Positions 48,606 to 63,600 of a stretch of 63,744 nucleotides of DNA are shown here, piece by piece. The stretch's first letter is position 1, and each line of letters starts with the position of its first letter. Source of the DNA: Candidatus Aenigmatarchaeota archaeon (GTDB lineage: Archaea; Aenigmatarchaeota; Aenigmatarchaeia; PWEA01). Position numbers and translations under genes: made by a program. A model generated the notes under the pieces. It did not search any database and was not told the origin of the DNA. It saw nothing but the letters and a program-made list of their open reading frames with translations. The DNA lies in assembly GCA_003553905.1 (NCBI GenBank), contig PWEA01000035.1, positions 1 to 63,744 of the forward strand. The letters run 5' to 3'.

Positions 48606-51600
48606 AAATAGATATAAGGCTCTCCGTTCTTCAGTCTCACCACACCTTCAATAGTACCCGTGCCCCTGTGATCACCGCTTGATGTAACACCATTGACTGT
48701 TCCTGTGCCGTCTGAAATCTTGTACTTGACAACACCGTTCATCTCTTTAACCGGACGGACCCTTCCGGAAACAGTTACTCTTCTGTTTGCAAATCTATTC
48801 GGATTCTTTTTTATTGTCCGTATCGGAGCTTTACCGTTCATCAAAGAAGATTTTTTGCTTTTGTTCCTGCTCCTGTTGGTACTGTCTGTTTTATTGTCAA
48901 AGCTGTATGGGCTTTTACTCTTCTTCCCTCCGATGAAAAGCCAGGCAAGGGAGATTAAAATAGGTATCGCTATTATTACAGCAAGGATCCACCACAGTGG
49001 TGTAAACATCCTGTCATCCTCTTTTTCCAGGGTGAAATCTACGCCGTACGTTTCACCAGACATCACAAACTGTGTTTTTTCCATCACGGAATGGCCATCG
49101 ACATCATCAACAACTATCCAATATTCATAGTCCGGTTCAACCGAATGGAACCTGTAATATCCATCGGTTATCCTTACCGATTCGACCGGCTCCTCTGTAA
49201 AGTCATCCGACCTGTAAAGATCGACTGTACCCTCGTCAACAGGACTACCCATGTGGTCGTAGACGTTCCCCTCTACAGTTCCCATAACTTCTCTATCAAC
49301 TACTCTGTCTTCCTTCATACCGGATACAGAGAAATGGGAGAAGTCAAAAACAGAGGCTTTGTATCTATTGAAGTTGTCCACTCCTTCGATTTCGGTGGTC
49401 CGTAGCTCTTCCCATCTATCCATCTCTCTCCACAGGCCTATATCCTCTTCATCTTCTATCCTTCCTCTGTCTAGCTCAAAGAAGAAGGTCACGTATTCGA
49501 CATCATCCTTGATGTTTGTGTCCACATCCCATCTTTCCTTCTCATCAAGCTCGTGGCCCTCCTTTGATGGATACGTATCAAAGGGACCCTCTAAATCGTC
49601 TATTCCAATCCATCCGTCTGAAATACTGTTTTTTGCTTTTATCTCTATCTTATACAGTGCGATGGACGAATCGTCTATCTCTATTGTTCTTGTATCGCCA
49701 TCGTCGATACGGATCTCTTCAATGCGTACAGTTTCGTCTGCCTCATCACCGTCTATGACTATATATTTTCCATCATCATCATCGCTTGGACCAGCATATC
49801 CACCCCCGCCTCCACCACCAGTACCTGTATCATCCTCTTCCTCTGCTGTTGTAAATTCCCATTGCTCAGAGGTCGTAGTTGCCACTCCGTCGCTGACCTC
49901 AACGTACCATCCATAGGTCTCGTCATGATCAAGTCCCGTCCATTCGATACCGGCTCTTTCTCCGGACCCAACGTTGACGTCTTCCGCAATAATATCATCC
50001 GTTTCTTTGTCGTAAAACACAACATCTAGGGTTTCATCATCGTGATTGTTCTCTACTGTGACTGAAAGTCCCGGAGATGTTGAAACTCCAGTTGCACCGT
50101 CCTCCGGTGAAGGATCAGAATAACCTGGCGGTATCCTTGGCATTTCTATAGCTGCGGAACTTTCAAGACCCGTTATCTCATAACTATCGCCGTTGACTTC
50201 ACAACCAATACCGTCCACTGGACCTTCGCCACATGTTATGAGATGCTCGGCATCGCCACTACAGTCATCGGTAATTTCACCTATGTCATCTATCTCGGCA
50301 TCCTTAACACAGAGAGAAGAGCTGCTATCAAATATCCACTCGTTGCGGTCCATGTACAAGGTCTTGTTTTCGTTATCCAGACCACCGTCCTCTAAATTAA
50401 CACCGGAGACTCTAACCCAGTTCCTTGGATCATCGTTGTAGTCCTTTTCCCCTGTATAAACTTCGATTCTATCCCCATAGTTGTCAGATGACTGATCGAC
50501 ATTGATAACCTGGAACTGGTGATCAAGCGTAAGATTCCAGTTGAACTCCACAATCGTGTCAGATCCATCACCTATTTCTATTGGAACTTTTCCTTCTTCT
50601 GCATTCTCTTCAGCCTCATCCAGGTCGGTAAAGGAATCTACAGTAATGTTAGGTACATCAAGATTTCCTCCTAGCCATGTGCTGTCTCCTATTATCCTCA
50701 GGCTTTCGTTGTAACTTTCGCTTATAGGAAGACCATCGTTCTCCGGATCTAAAATCCTGTTCTGTATAAATACCGGTGTATTCTTGTCCAGAGTTAAATT
50801 TCTGAAATTAAGTCCCTCGACCATAAGTTCTACTAAACCATCGGGTTTGCTGAAGGTCTCATTCAAATCTATAGGATTCGAATAATCGATGTGCGGAACG
50901 CCATTTATATCCACAAACTCTAACTCATCGCCTGCTTTGTTTAGTATGTGAACGGGATAAAACCTTGTTATCTCACCCTTAACTTCATCGACGCTACCTA
51001 TGGTAATGTTACCCTTGATTGAAGGACTGCCGTGTTCATCGGAAGCCACAAGTACACCAATCTCCGAAGAATCTCCGTAGGACATCAGTTCAGCAGAACC
51101 TCTCAAGTCCAATAGCTCAACATAAGATTCATTTAGATCAACATTACCCGAAGTTCTTAATCTTCCACGGACTTCAGAATCCGTGCTGTTGATATAATTC
51201 GCATATCTTCCGTCCAGCTCGTCTACCAGAGAACCCACCATATCCACAGTAGAATCACTGCCCATGGTAAGGTTTATTTCATTGATAGAAGTGCTTATTA
51301 AATCAAGAGTGCCGCTGTCTGTATCAAACACTCCATCCACACTGCTACCCTGGCCGAGGTCGATATAAGAATCCTCGTTTTCACCAACGTGGATAATAGC
51401 TCCGTCGATGATGTATGAATTCTCTATAGTACCCTGGCCCTTTATGAATTCAACAGTTTTCACAACAGAGTTGACAACATCAACAGTCGTTCCGTTTATA
51501 ATCAGATTTTCAACTGTATTAGGACTGTCTTCGATTCTGAACTCTGAGTTATCCTCAACCACCACATCGTCGAATGAAGAGTTCCAGGCAGTTACAGAAC

Positions 51601-54600
51601 TCTCGTCCTGTATGTAAACTGTCTCAGTGAAGCTACTGTCTTTGATATATCCTGTACTCTGATCAGTAAAGTATACAGGCATATCCAAATCGAGGCCTGT
51701 CATATTTATTGTGGTGTCACCGAGGACCTTTATCTCATCCAAGTCTTCAATCAACTCATTGTTCGGGGCTCCACATATCGCCGTCTCTTCCTGATCAATC
51801 TCCCACGTACCTGATTCAGGTGGATTACAGTAGTCATCCGTGACGGTCAAGGTAAACTCGTTGGTTGGTTGCTCTACACCATAGGTATCATTGGCAAAGA
51901 ATGTGATGTTTCTGGCTCCACTCCAGTGGTCATCTGGTATGAATGTGACCCGGGGTTCTTCGTAATACTCAAAGAGTGTTATATCCTTCCATTCTGAAAG
52001 TGAGCTGACGTTATGTGCAAGGTCACCGGCCTGTGGATTCTGCTCGAGAACTACCTCCATTATATCTGCATCCTCTTCAGTTGTATACGTGTATTCCAAC
52101 TCGCTCCAGTTCTCCGTGGCATCTACACTATATTTCTGGGATCCAACTATATTGTCGGAACTATCGTATGTTCTGAACATAACACCGTAGTCAAACTCGG
52201 CTGGATCTGTGTTGTTTGCTCTATGACTTAGTCCTAACTCATACTCTGTACTACCGTCAACCGTAAAGTTCTGGGAAAGTGTTATGTTTTCTGAGACACC
52301 TGAATCAACATATACCTCGGCGTTGTCCTTGTTTCTATCAAACACAACCGAACTATTAACGTCTTCTGTTATATTCCACACAGAAAGTTCTTTGAAACGT
52401 CCATCCACTAGACTTACGTCTATATTTTCTGGATCCGTATGTCTGTAGGTTGTAGAGTCGACTGTATTTACAAAATGTTCGGCCAGATGCACTGCTTCTT
52501 CGTTTTTAGTATTCTCTATCCATTCCTGGTCTTCTATTGGATTACTGCTGTTGAACCATGAGTGCCTGTTGACAAAAAACCTTGTACTGTTTAAAGCAAT
52601 ATTTCCAACTGAATCATATGCAGCGTACGTTACGGTATACTCACCGTCGGAAAGTTCTGAAATATTTACAAAGGCCTCCCAGCTTTCCGTATCTCCGTAC
52701 CCTTCGGCCGTTATATTCTTATTCAAAGACGGGAAGTGAGTAGATCCGTTAGAGACTCCCATCCCTGCATACACAAAGTCTTCTATATCAGTGGTTATGT
52801 TGAAACTGTCCTGGAAGTAACTACCGTTAACATGTCCTTCTGTATCTACTGTAATATTAGGTGGTATCTTATCGAGCTCGAAGGTCCTTGTTTTAGTCGA
52901 GGTGTGTCCGTATGCATCTTCTGCTTCCACAGTAAAGTTATACTCTCCTGAATCAATGTCTTCCGTATCCCAGTCGTATGTATAGTTACCTGAATGCTCG
53001 TCTCCAATCGTCATTTCCAAACTTCCGCTTTCAACAACCTCCTCATTACTATCGGTTATATTGAAAGCTTGTGTATCCACTCCTCCGGGATAGTCTGTTA
53101 TATTAACACTGAATCTATCATTTGGTCCGAACTTACCCTGTCTTTCGCTGTAGTCGAGTTCTTCTGGATGATAGATCTTTATTGTGGGTGCGCTGTGGTC
53201 AACTACAAGGTCTACCTCCATGTTTTTATCCGGCGAATCGTGCTCATAATACGGACCTCTGCAAGCAATGTAGTATGTGTAGATACTCTCATCTAGATCC
53301 GGAATCCTACAGGTTTGGTTGTACCCACTGTCACCGGTAGCATTACACTTGCCCCCTGCCTCCACGTTGGTTTCGTCATATTCCTCTTCAAAATCCTCCT
53401 TCATATTTGCAAATGTGGTGTCGTAATCTCTAGAATAATAACACGTGATTTCCCTATTCCCTTCTACAGTTATATTGGTATAACCATCATCAATGTCGTC
53501 AAGCCATCCGTCCTCTGTATAGGTATCGTTCTCTACGGACACTACCTCGGTCTCGAGCTTAGTTTGATTGTAGTATGTTATAGGTTGGCTTGAAGTTACA
53601 TTGCTTTGGTAACCATGTTTGTCTATGGCCTTTACGCTGAAATAATACTCTTCTTGATCTTCTAGCTCAAACGATTCTTCAACATATGTGTCAAGCCCAC
53701 TACTGACCCAGCCATCTGTGAGATTATCCCACCCTTCTTCTCCGTAGATATCAACACCAGCGGCATATTCATACCTTTCAATACCCACGGAAGAGTAGCT
53801 ATCCGTCCAGTTTGCCCACAGCACAGGATCCGTGTGCACTGAACCGGGCACAGTGATATTAACAGATGTAGGTGGTTCGGAAGGCTCATCTTGTTCGACA
53901 AACTTCATCGATCCGCTTACTCCAATCTCACTCCAACGGTCCCATTTGTATCTCTTGTATCTGACCTCGAATACGTAACTGGTGTGGTTTATCAGATCTA
54001 GCTTATCTGTTGTCAAATTGGTATCAGTTCTTTCTTGTAGATTAGCTCCAATCCAGTCGGTTATATAGTCACTACTTTCTTCTTCCTTGACCCTGTACTC
54101 TAGGCTCCATATATCGTCGTACTCCACACTCCAGTTAAGGAAAAGGTTTCTGTCATAAACTACGCTACCTTCGCGATACACTTCTGGAGGCTCCAACCTA
54201 CCTGTCCAGACTTCAAAACCTGTACGACTAGAAGTACCTTTGTTTCCTATGATGTCCTCAGCAGAGAAAGTTATATTGTACTCCCCTTCTTCCATGTATA
54301 CATCTACTTCGCAGCTGTACTTTTCACCAGAAACACACTCAACGGTTTCATTAACGTTCTGCAGATAATCAAACTGGCTACTGTTGTATGAATAATACTC
54401 GCTATTACCCGCGGAGTCCGTAATATTTACAAGGATACTGTTAGGATCTGTTCCTATGTCATCGCTTACAGTGAAATTCCATTTGTTTTGTTTATCACTT
54501 GAACCGTCCGGAACCTGCGATATATCTATATAAGGACCGTAGGCATCATAGTATACATCTCCTTCGAAGATCACGCCGTTACCTGCCGTGTTGTTTCCTC

Positions 54601-57600
54601 TGATCCTTACCGTATTATCTCCCTCATGAAGACCCAGAGAGAGGTTGAACCAGTTGTTCGGGTAACTTTCGTTGTATGCAAAAAGTCTATCTCCGATTTC
54701 AACATCCCTAACGAGACTTTCATTCAAGTGAAGCTTGTACATGTCACCATCTTCATGCATGACGTGTTCTCTTCCTGTGATGTTGTAATACTTGAAGTAA
54801 TCCAGGCTCTGTCCCTGTATCTTGATGTAATTTGATCTGTTGAAGCCCTCCGAGGAGTCTACACTCACCTTAACGTGGTCTTTGCCTGAACTAACAAATG
54901 TCTCGGATATAGACTCACCAGCTTTCGAAGTATCCTGAAGTTCGGATTGGAATGCCTCTTTTACGTTGTTGTCAGGGTCCAGTGCCTGAGCATGTACGGT
55001 GTCAACCTCTTCTTCCTCTATGTAACCTATAATGTCAATGGTATCATTACTAACGACTTCGGGGAAGTCCCATATTATTGGTTTGGTTGGGATGGATCTT
55101 ATCTCTGCTTTGTCCGAATACCTGAACTCTTGGTCCATGAGACCAAACTCATCATATACTCTTACAGCACATTGAACCTCGTCATCGGTTGTAAACTCTC
55201 CCGAAAAGGTCCTTCCATCACTCTTGAATTCATCACTAACATACCATCTGAACTCTGTGGAAGATTCATCCTCCTCTACCTCAAACTCTTCGTTTATTGG
55301 ATCGAAGTTGTAAACACACTCAAGCTCAGATCCCTCCGGAGCAGGATCCGGTGTAACGTTAACATCGGTAGCCGTTGGAGGAAGATTCATATAGAACGTT
55401 CCATCAACAACATTGGAACATCCTCCTGTGTCATCACAAACCTGCATCTCGTAGCTATTTACTTCATCGAACGTTCCGTCCTCGGTCGAGTAGGAACACG
55501 AATATTCTCCGTAGTCTTCTTGCTCCGAAACTTCGGAAACACAGTAGGTGTTTCCATAACAGTCTTCGCCGGAGGACCTATAGTTAAGATTTATATCGGG
55601 ATTGTAGACATTATCGCTCGAAGCATTCCTGGCGATATGTTCTCCTGAACTGTTTGCTCTGACCGAAGCCCACCTATCCATCCCTTCATCACAATCACCG
55701 TCTCCTTCCTCATCAACACATATCTCAAATCCTAGAACATCATCCGCCATTGCCTGTGCATTGCTGAAACCGATGTGCACATACTCGTCGTTTTTCAAGG
55801 AAATGCCCTTTTCGACGGCGACGGGTGATTCGTCGTCGGTATCGTTTGCTTCATCAAGATTGTAGGCGGATATAGTGTAAATGTGATCAGTTCTTTCGCC
55901 TGATTCGTTTACTAAGTCGGTTCCATTGTAGAACTCCTCCAGTCTGATGGACACCGTCTCAACTCTTTCTCCTGTTCTGCTTGTGTAGAACCAGGCCGGA
56001 TCGCCACCAAAAACAAGACTTGTATCAGACTCTTCCATTCCCTGTTCTTCCGTAGAGGAAACCTCCTCACATATGAAAACATCGAACTCATCTGAGTCCT
56101 CATCCAACCACTCAAGACCGAAAGTTATGTTTCCTCCCTTGTGGACAGGAGAATCCTCTGTAGCATCGTTGAAGTAATCTACTATTGTGGGTGGTGATAT
56201 TCCTTCAACGACAACAGATGGTGAAACTTCGAATCCCGTCGAGACTCCCACTTCGTTTGTCGCATTGACAGAACATCTTATTTCATCGTCCCTCGTAAGC
56301 CAACTCTCGTCCAAAGTCTGATCGGTTTCGTCGTCTATCTCGACCCATTCATTTATGCCATCTCTGTTTCTCTCCCACTTGAACTCGGTAAGTGATTTGT
56401 CTTCTGAAAAGCCATCCGGGTCTGTGAAATTGTATTTACATGTTAGCTCGGATGAAGTTTCTGGCTCCTCGGGCTCTATACTTACATTTGTTATAGAAGG
56501 TCCCGTGTGTTCCACATAGAAATGATGGCTTCTTACCGTAGATGTGTGACCCTCTGAATCATACACTCTCATATCATAAGAGTGATTGCCCTGACCGAGA
56601 TCCTCAACAACATAGGAACAGTTTATCGGATTTTCTGATGTTGAATCGACTTCGCAGTACTTTTCACCAACACAATCATACCCATCCTTCTGATAACTTA
56701 CCATGACTTCGGGGTCATAGTAATTAACACTATCTCCGTTTTCTTCTATAGCTAGATTGCTACCTCCTGTCTCATTGGCTCTAACGTAAACTTCTTCACC
56801 TTCTTCACCCGAAACTCTAAAGGCTATGTGTTTATCCGACTCGGAGCTCACGGAAACCTTGAAGGTGTTCCACTCGCCTATCGTAAATGCTAGGTTGCTT
56901 ATCTTTTCTATAAACTCTCCATCGGTATCGCCCTGTTCATCGACCTCATATAATTCTATAGAATAACTGAAGTCAGTGTGATCCTGGCCACTTTCTGAAT
57001 CGAAGGGCTTCACCGAAAGTTCATCCGAAACGAGGCCCTTTTCACCTGTGTAGAACCAGGCTTCGGTTCCATTACCGAATGTTATGTTATCCTGGCCACC
57101 TTCATATTGGTTCTCGTCGTTTCCTATCCTATCACATATTCTTAGGTCGATCTCTTCGTCCTCCTCGTGCATCCATTCCACACCGAAATGTATTACATCA
57201 TCTACACTAACTGCGTCTACCTCTCTCTCGGCTGTGTTCCAATAGTCTCTTATCCCGGGTCTGTGGACTGTATCGATATAAACAGGCGAAGACTCTCTGA
57301 ACTGTGTATCGCTTTTAGATTCGGTTCTGGTCGCCCAGTTGTTTTCGTCTATATCACTGACCTTGACTTCACACATTATTCCATCGCTTCCCTCGAAGTT
57401 ACTGCTGTCTAAGGTGCTGGTGTTCTCACCCTGTATTTCAATCCACTGTCCCGTGCCGTCTATATCCCTGTACCATCTGAACTCGGCAGCAGATTCGTTT
57501 TCAGGATCGTCGTCAGGATCTACAAAGGTATATTCACAGGTTAGATCTGTATCTTCATCGGGTTCATCCGGTGTTATACTTACATCCTCTGCCCTTGGTG

Positions 57601-60600
57601 GAGCATTTTCAATAACCGTGTGGTTCTCTGTCTCTATCGGATCGCCTTTCTCGACACCGTCGTCCGGAGTCATCTCAAAGAGATATTTGCTTGCCTTTCT
57701 GTAGTTGTTTACTCTGTCACCGTAACTGACTATACATTCGTGCGTAGCGTTTCCCTGTGGATCCTCCCACTGATCTCCGAAGTAAGTACATCCCACTGTT
57801 CCTGTATAGGTGTTGACCTCGCCTTCGTATGTTGTCTCCTGTATGCTCCAATGGACTTCTATGTCACCCGAGCCGGCGTCTTCGTCTTCTACGAAACCTA
57901 TGAATTTAGCTTCATCTCTGTCTTCTATGGTCTGGTTCTCAGGTTCCACCGTTATATTAACCATCAGAGGTACCGCATTAGGCGAGGCACAGTTCTTCGC
58001 CGTCGGATAGGACGTTTCACCGTCTTCCATGACCGCCCTTATCTGGTAGCAGTAGGTCTCTGTATTGGACAGATTGTTGTCTTCGCCCATGTTCCATCCA
58101 TCGTCCACCGCCTTGTATTCGCCCTGGTAATCTGTAGTTATATCATCATCCAAACTGAGGTTCTTGACGTTCACCTTGTCGTGGTCACCTTCTTCCCATC
58201 GATATACAGAGAAGTTTCCAAGCTCGTCCTCGTCGCCTATCCAGTCCCATGTCAAGCTGAGGTTTCCGCCCCGGTTTCCGGGTATGTTCGTTACGTTGAG
58301 GTTGGACGGATCTATCTCTCTGTCGACTATTTCCACGGTCGCATTTCTCCAAACCTCATCCCTCTTGGGGTTCTGCCAGGCTTCCCAAGTATCGTCCACG
58401 TCCTTCACACGAACGCCGACCTTTATGAAATCATCACGGACAAATACTTCGTCAAGGGTTGTTTCGTTATCGGATTCGTTTAGGTGTATCCAATCCTCTT
58501 CCTCCGCAGTGTCGTTGTACTTCCACCATCTGACCATCCTCGCCGACTCGTTCTCTTCGTCCATCTCATTGACGTCCACGAAGTCGTACGTTAGTTCGAG
58601 CGTCGATGATGCATTAGGATGTTCGGGGATTATTTCCACGTTCTCGGCCGTGGGTGCTGTGTTGTTCACGTACGCCTGTTGGAACTCGGACCACTGACCG
58701 TATACCAAACCATTATACGGTCTAAACTCTGCGGTGTATTTATCTCCTTTGAGCGTTTGATCGCTGCTTATGGTTTTTATACACTCAAAATCTGCAGTTA
58801 TGTTAGGATCAAGCTGTGAGTTGTTTATAGCCGTACATCCCACTGTTCCTTCCAATACCTCAGGATCACTCTTATACTCTTCATTGTGATAAGACAATCT
58901 TTCTATGTAATATTCCGCCGTCATGTCTGAAAAGCTTGAGGAGCTGTCGTTCACGTATATGTAGAATCTTATATCGTCCTCTGTTTCTGGGTACTCCGGT
59001 TTTCTGTGTGCACTGACTATCTCCGGTTCTACTCTTGTGCTGAACGAGTACTCATCTTCAACAGAGCCCCCGAACGAATCGGTGACGTTTAAAGTCCAGT
59101 TGTAATCTGTGCTGGTTTCAAGTTCAAGACCAGAGGTTTCAAACTCTTCGGTTCCGTCGGACTCCATAGTATATACAAAGCTATCTACCTCATCACCACC
59201 TTCTTCATCTACGGTGATCTCGATATCTGTAGGCGTTCCATATGATTCCACTGTTACCGAAATATTTGTATACGATGGTACATTGGCCTCTCCGTCCTCC
59301 GGTGAGATATCAACAATCACAGGCTCGTCCGGTTTTTCTGTAGTAAAGGTACGAGGTCCCTCAATGGTACCAAGACCCTCGTCATCGATTGCCTGTACCC
59401 TCCAGCTATAGTCTCTGTCGTATTCAAGATCAAAGCCCTCGTTATCAGAAGCCAAAGTCTCCAAAGAGTCTGTGACGAATGTTACATCATCGTACTCGAC
59501 CTGCTCTTCGGTATAGACCACAGTCGAGCCTATAATAAACCTAACTTCGTATGGTTTATATGAAACGTTTTCGACCCGTGCCTCAAGTACGTCTTGGAAT
59601 GAAACAGTTGCACCGTCATTGGGCTCCTGTAGCTCTATATCAGGTGCATCTTCCTCGCGAACCGTGAAGGATGCACTATCACTGTCACTTCCACCAAAGT
59701 AGTCCTCCGCAAAAACCGCCCAATCATATGTTTCATCGAACTCGAGTTTTTCTCCTGTCTGATCCTCAAGATCCACGCAGAGATTATCTCTATCGTAGGA
59801 TACTTCTGTACTATATATTATATCATCTTCAAAGTGGAAGTCTACACTGACTCTTCTGTCCTCGTCGCTGGTAGGAAGGGTTTCGGACGAAACATTAATA
59901 CAAAGGTTTGGTGTTCTGCTGACCTCATCCTGCCCATCACTTGGATATTTGATATTGATATCCGGGTCGTCTGGTTCAGCTGTGATAAACTCAAACTCCT
60001 CCGCTGTCTCTCCTCCGACGTCGTTAACGGCCTCCACAGTCCATGTGTACTTCGTTCCAAACTCAAGCTCCCCGCCGAGCTGTTCCTCAAGATCAACAAC
60101 AACCCTTTCGTCATCGTTCTCGTCCACGCTACCGTGATCAACCCATGCTTCTTCCTCTCCGTCATCCAAGTAAACTACGTATTCGATTGGATATGTACTA
60201 TTTCCATCCCCCGCTGTTGTTAGATTGAAGGTTAGATTTGTATCTACGTCTACGTTATGGTGTCCATGCGAAGGATCTGGATCATAGACCTGTGGAAGTG
60301 GCGGATCAACTGTCGTAAAGGTGTATTCAGCCTCGGTTTGACCTCCGACCTGGTTCCAGGCCACGACATCCCATGTATACTCCGTCCCGTATTCTAACTC
60401 GGGTTCTCCAAACGCGTCTTCAAACTCACCCTCACCGACAATAAGCTCTTCTTCAACGTATTCCCCCTCTTCGGTTTCGCCATCCTTTACTCTAACCCCA
60501 TCTAAATAAATCTCATAGTTTATAGGTCCTATGTCGTCGGAGGCGTCACCGGAGACATTGACTGTAAGGTTTTCTGTGACATCCACTCCGATGGATCCAT

Positions 60601-63600
60601 CGGACGGAGTTTCACTATCTATCATCGGAACAGGTGGTTCCATGGTACTGAAGGTATATTCCTTCACCTCCATAACACCGATATCGTTCACTGCAGTCAC
60701 TGTCCATGTATATTCGCTATCATACTCTAAGTCGTATGCTGCAGTAACCTTGCTGTCATCATCTTCGTACAGGGTACTACCATTTATATTATTGCCATTG
60801 AGGTATATCGTCCAGTTTATTGGATATTCGATACCCGATATCCGGGCCGAAAGATCAGTATCTGGATCTATGCTCTCGGAATTATCCAACGGAACCGGGT
60901 TCGATATCTCAGGGACCGGAACATCCGCCGTCGTGAACTCCATCATGTCCGAAATTACTACCTGTCCGGTTTCGTCCTCGACCTCTACCTGCCACTCAAA
61001 GGTTTTCTCGTATTCACCATATCCCATATCCTCGAGGGAGTTTGTATGTACTAAACCATCACTGTCCACGGTATAGCCATCTTCCAAAACGTTCTCGCCT
61101 TCCAGGTATATCCTAACCGAGGTATCCTCCGTTTCCGTTTCCACGAACAATGAAAGATTTGCGGAAAGCGGTACACTGTCGTCGCCGTCCTGTGGATAGA
61201 ACTGGCTCATCTCGGGTGGATCGGGGTATTCAGCAGTAAACGAATACGTACTGCTACTGTAGTCATTGAATCCATCATCAACTGTTACGTTCCACTCGTA
61301 TTCCTCTGCGTATTCAAGGGCAAGGCTTCCTGTTTCCACCCTACCATCGCTGCTCACGGTAGTCGAATAAACCTCGCCATCATGCTGCCCCCCATAAAGT
61401 TCGAAGGACACATCCAAGGGATAGTAGTCCGACTCGAGTTCCGCGGAAAGAGATGTCCCGATAGAAACATCGTTCTCGTTGTCTGCAGGTTCCGGGTTGA
61501 TTATATTTGGCTCGGGTGGTTCGGTCGTCGTAAAGTCCTCGCTCTTCACGCTCTCCAGTCCTTCGCTGTCCACGACCTTGACATGCCACTGGTAGTCGGT
61601 TCCGTACTCCACATCGAAGTCCGAAATATCTTGCAGGGACGGGCTCTTGAAAGTTCCATTGACCTCTCTGTCGTTAAGCGTGTGGACCTCATCGCCATCG
61701 ATGAAAAACATTACGTCGAAGGGCTGGTGATAAACGCTTATATTGGCCGAAAGCTTTTCGTCAAATCCAACATCCGTTCCATTCGGACTTAGGTCGGTTA
61801 TATTCCCGGATAGCTCGTCCCTGACGGTAAACCAGCTCTGGTTACTGCTTTTCTGTCCCATTACATCCTTGGCAGAAACCGACCAGTCGTAGGTCTCTCC
61901 AAACTCCAGCGGATCAAAACCATGGTCCTCTATATTCCTACAGACAGTCTGGTTATAACTGATGTCAAACCCATCCACCTGGCTGTCAGCCAAAAAGATC
62001 TCGACTTCTACTGTGTTGTCCTCGCTACCAGACATTGTCTCGGAAGATACGTTGGCACATAGGTTTGGCGTACTGCTTACACCCTCATCCCCTACAGGGT
62101 ATGTTAGATCAACTTCTGGTTTATTTACATCTTCACCCACAGTGAACGTGAACACCTCGGTTTTATCTTCATTCAGATCGTTTGATGCCTCGACAGTCCA
62201 AGTATAGGTCACCCCGACGAGAAGTTCATTCTCTATCTCATCGCCATCATCGCCTATACTAGCTGAAAAGGTGGTTCCGCTGCCGTCATGATCTTCTTTT
62301 TTACCAACAAAGACCTGGTCGCTGAAACGGTCGTCTTCCTGGCTCTCCAGGTACATGTACATATCGTTTGCTCTCTCGACCTCCACGCTCAAAGTAGGTG
62401 TAGTGTTCACAAAACCGGACTTATCGGGTGGATTGGGATTGCTTATCCTCGGTGAGTTACTATACCGACATCCCACAAGGTAACCATCGGCATCACCACT
62501 GTAAACGGCTTCATCAGCCACAGAGTCTATTGCCTGTATATCCGCACCATGATGATCATGATGCCAAATCTTGGACCCGTACTTGGCATCTATAGCACTT
62601 AAATATCCGTCATCATCGATAAAAAGCTCTCCATATTCCCCTCCGTCTGTCACAGACAAGGCATACTCCCCTTCCACATCGGGATCGAATCCCAGAACAT
62701 CCTCTCCTGTCTTGGCATCAACTGCCTTAACCCCCTCATGTCTGGAAACACTATAAAGCACAGGCCCACCGTTTTCCCCGTGCCAACCCTGCTCTTCCAA
62801 ATCTATTGACCACACTACACCGTCATGAATGTCCTCTCTTTTCCACTGAAGAGAACCGTCACCTGCGTCCACAGCAACTAAATCGCCTGCATTACCGCCA
62901 CTGTAGACCATTCCATCATAATAAAAGACAGAAGCTACGTTTCCGTGGTGCTCGTGGTCCCATTCTATGAGATCTTCTTCCTCTAAGACATCACCCTCAT
63001 ACTCATTAACAAGTTTGCTGTGGTCAACTGCAATCACCCTCTTCGAAAGGCCAGCATCACCACTGTAGACCATGTTCCCATCCGAAGTGACCGACATGAC
63101 ATCAGAATCATGTAGACTGTGCTGCCATTCTATCTCGTGGTTCTCAATGTCGTAGGCTAAAACCGTGCCGTCCTGCGAAGCACTATAGACCGTGCCGCCG
63201 GACACATGAACTGAACGTACGCTACCTTCATGGAAACCGTGACGCCACTGCACATATCCATCCAAATTCTCCGCTACGACTTTACCTCCGTCGTTGCCAG
63301 TATATACTAGGTCACCGTGTTTGTAGACAGAATTAATTTCATCTAAGTGTTCTCGTTTCCAACAGTCATCATTCTCATCTTCGGGTTCTTCGGGCTCCTC
63401 CATGAAGTACGCGTCAACGTCCTTTCCAACATGATCCACGTTTATGGTTATCTGATTGTTCCTGCCGTCGTAATCATCCTTATCCTCAAAATCTATATCT
63501 CCGCCCCAGTGCTCGAAGGTGTAGCCACTGCCGGGACCGGGGTCGGCCTCCAGAGTAACCTCAGTATCACTGAAGAAAGGTCTTTCGAAAGTATCACTAA

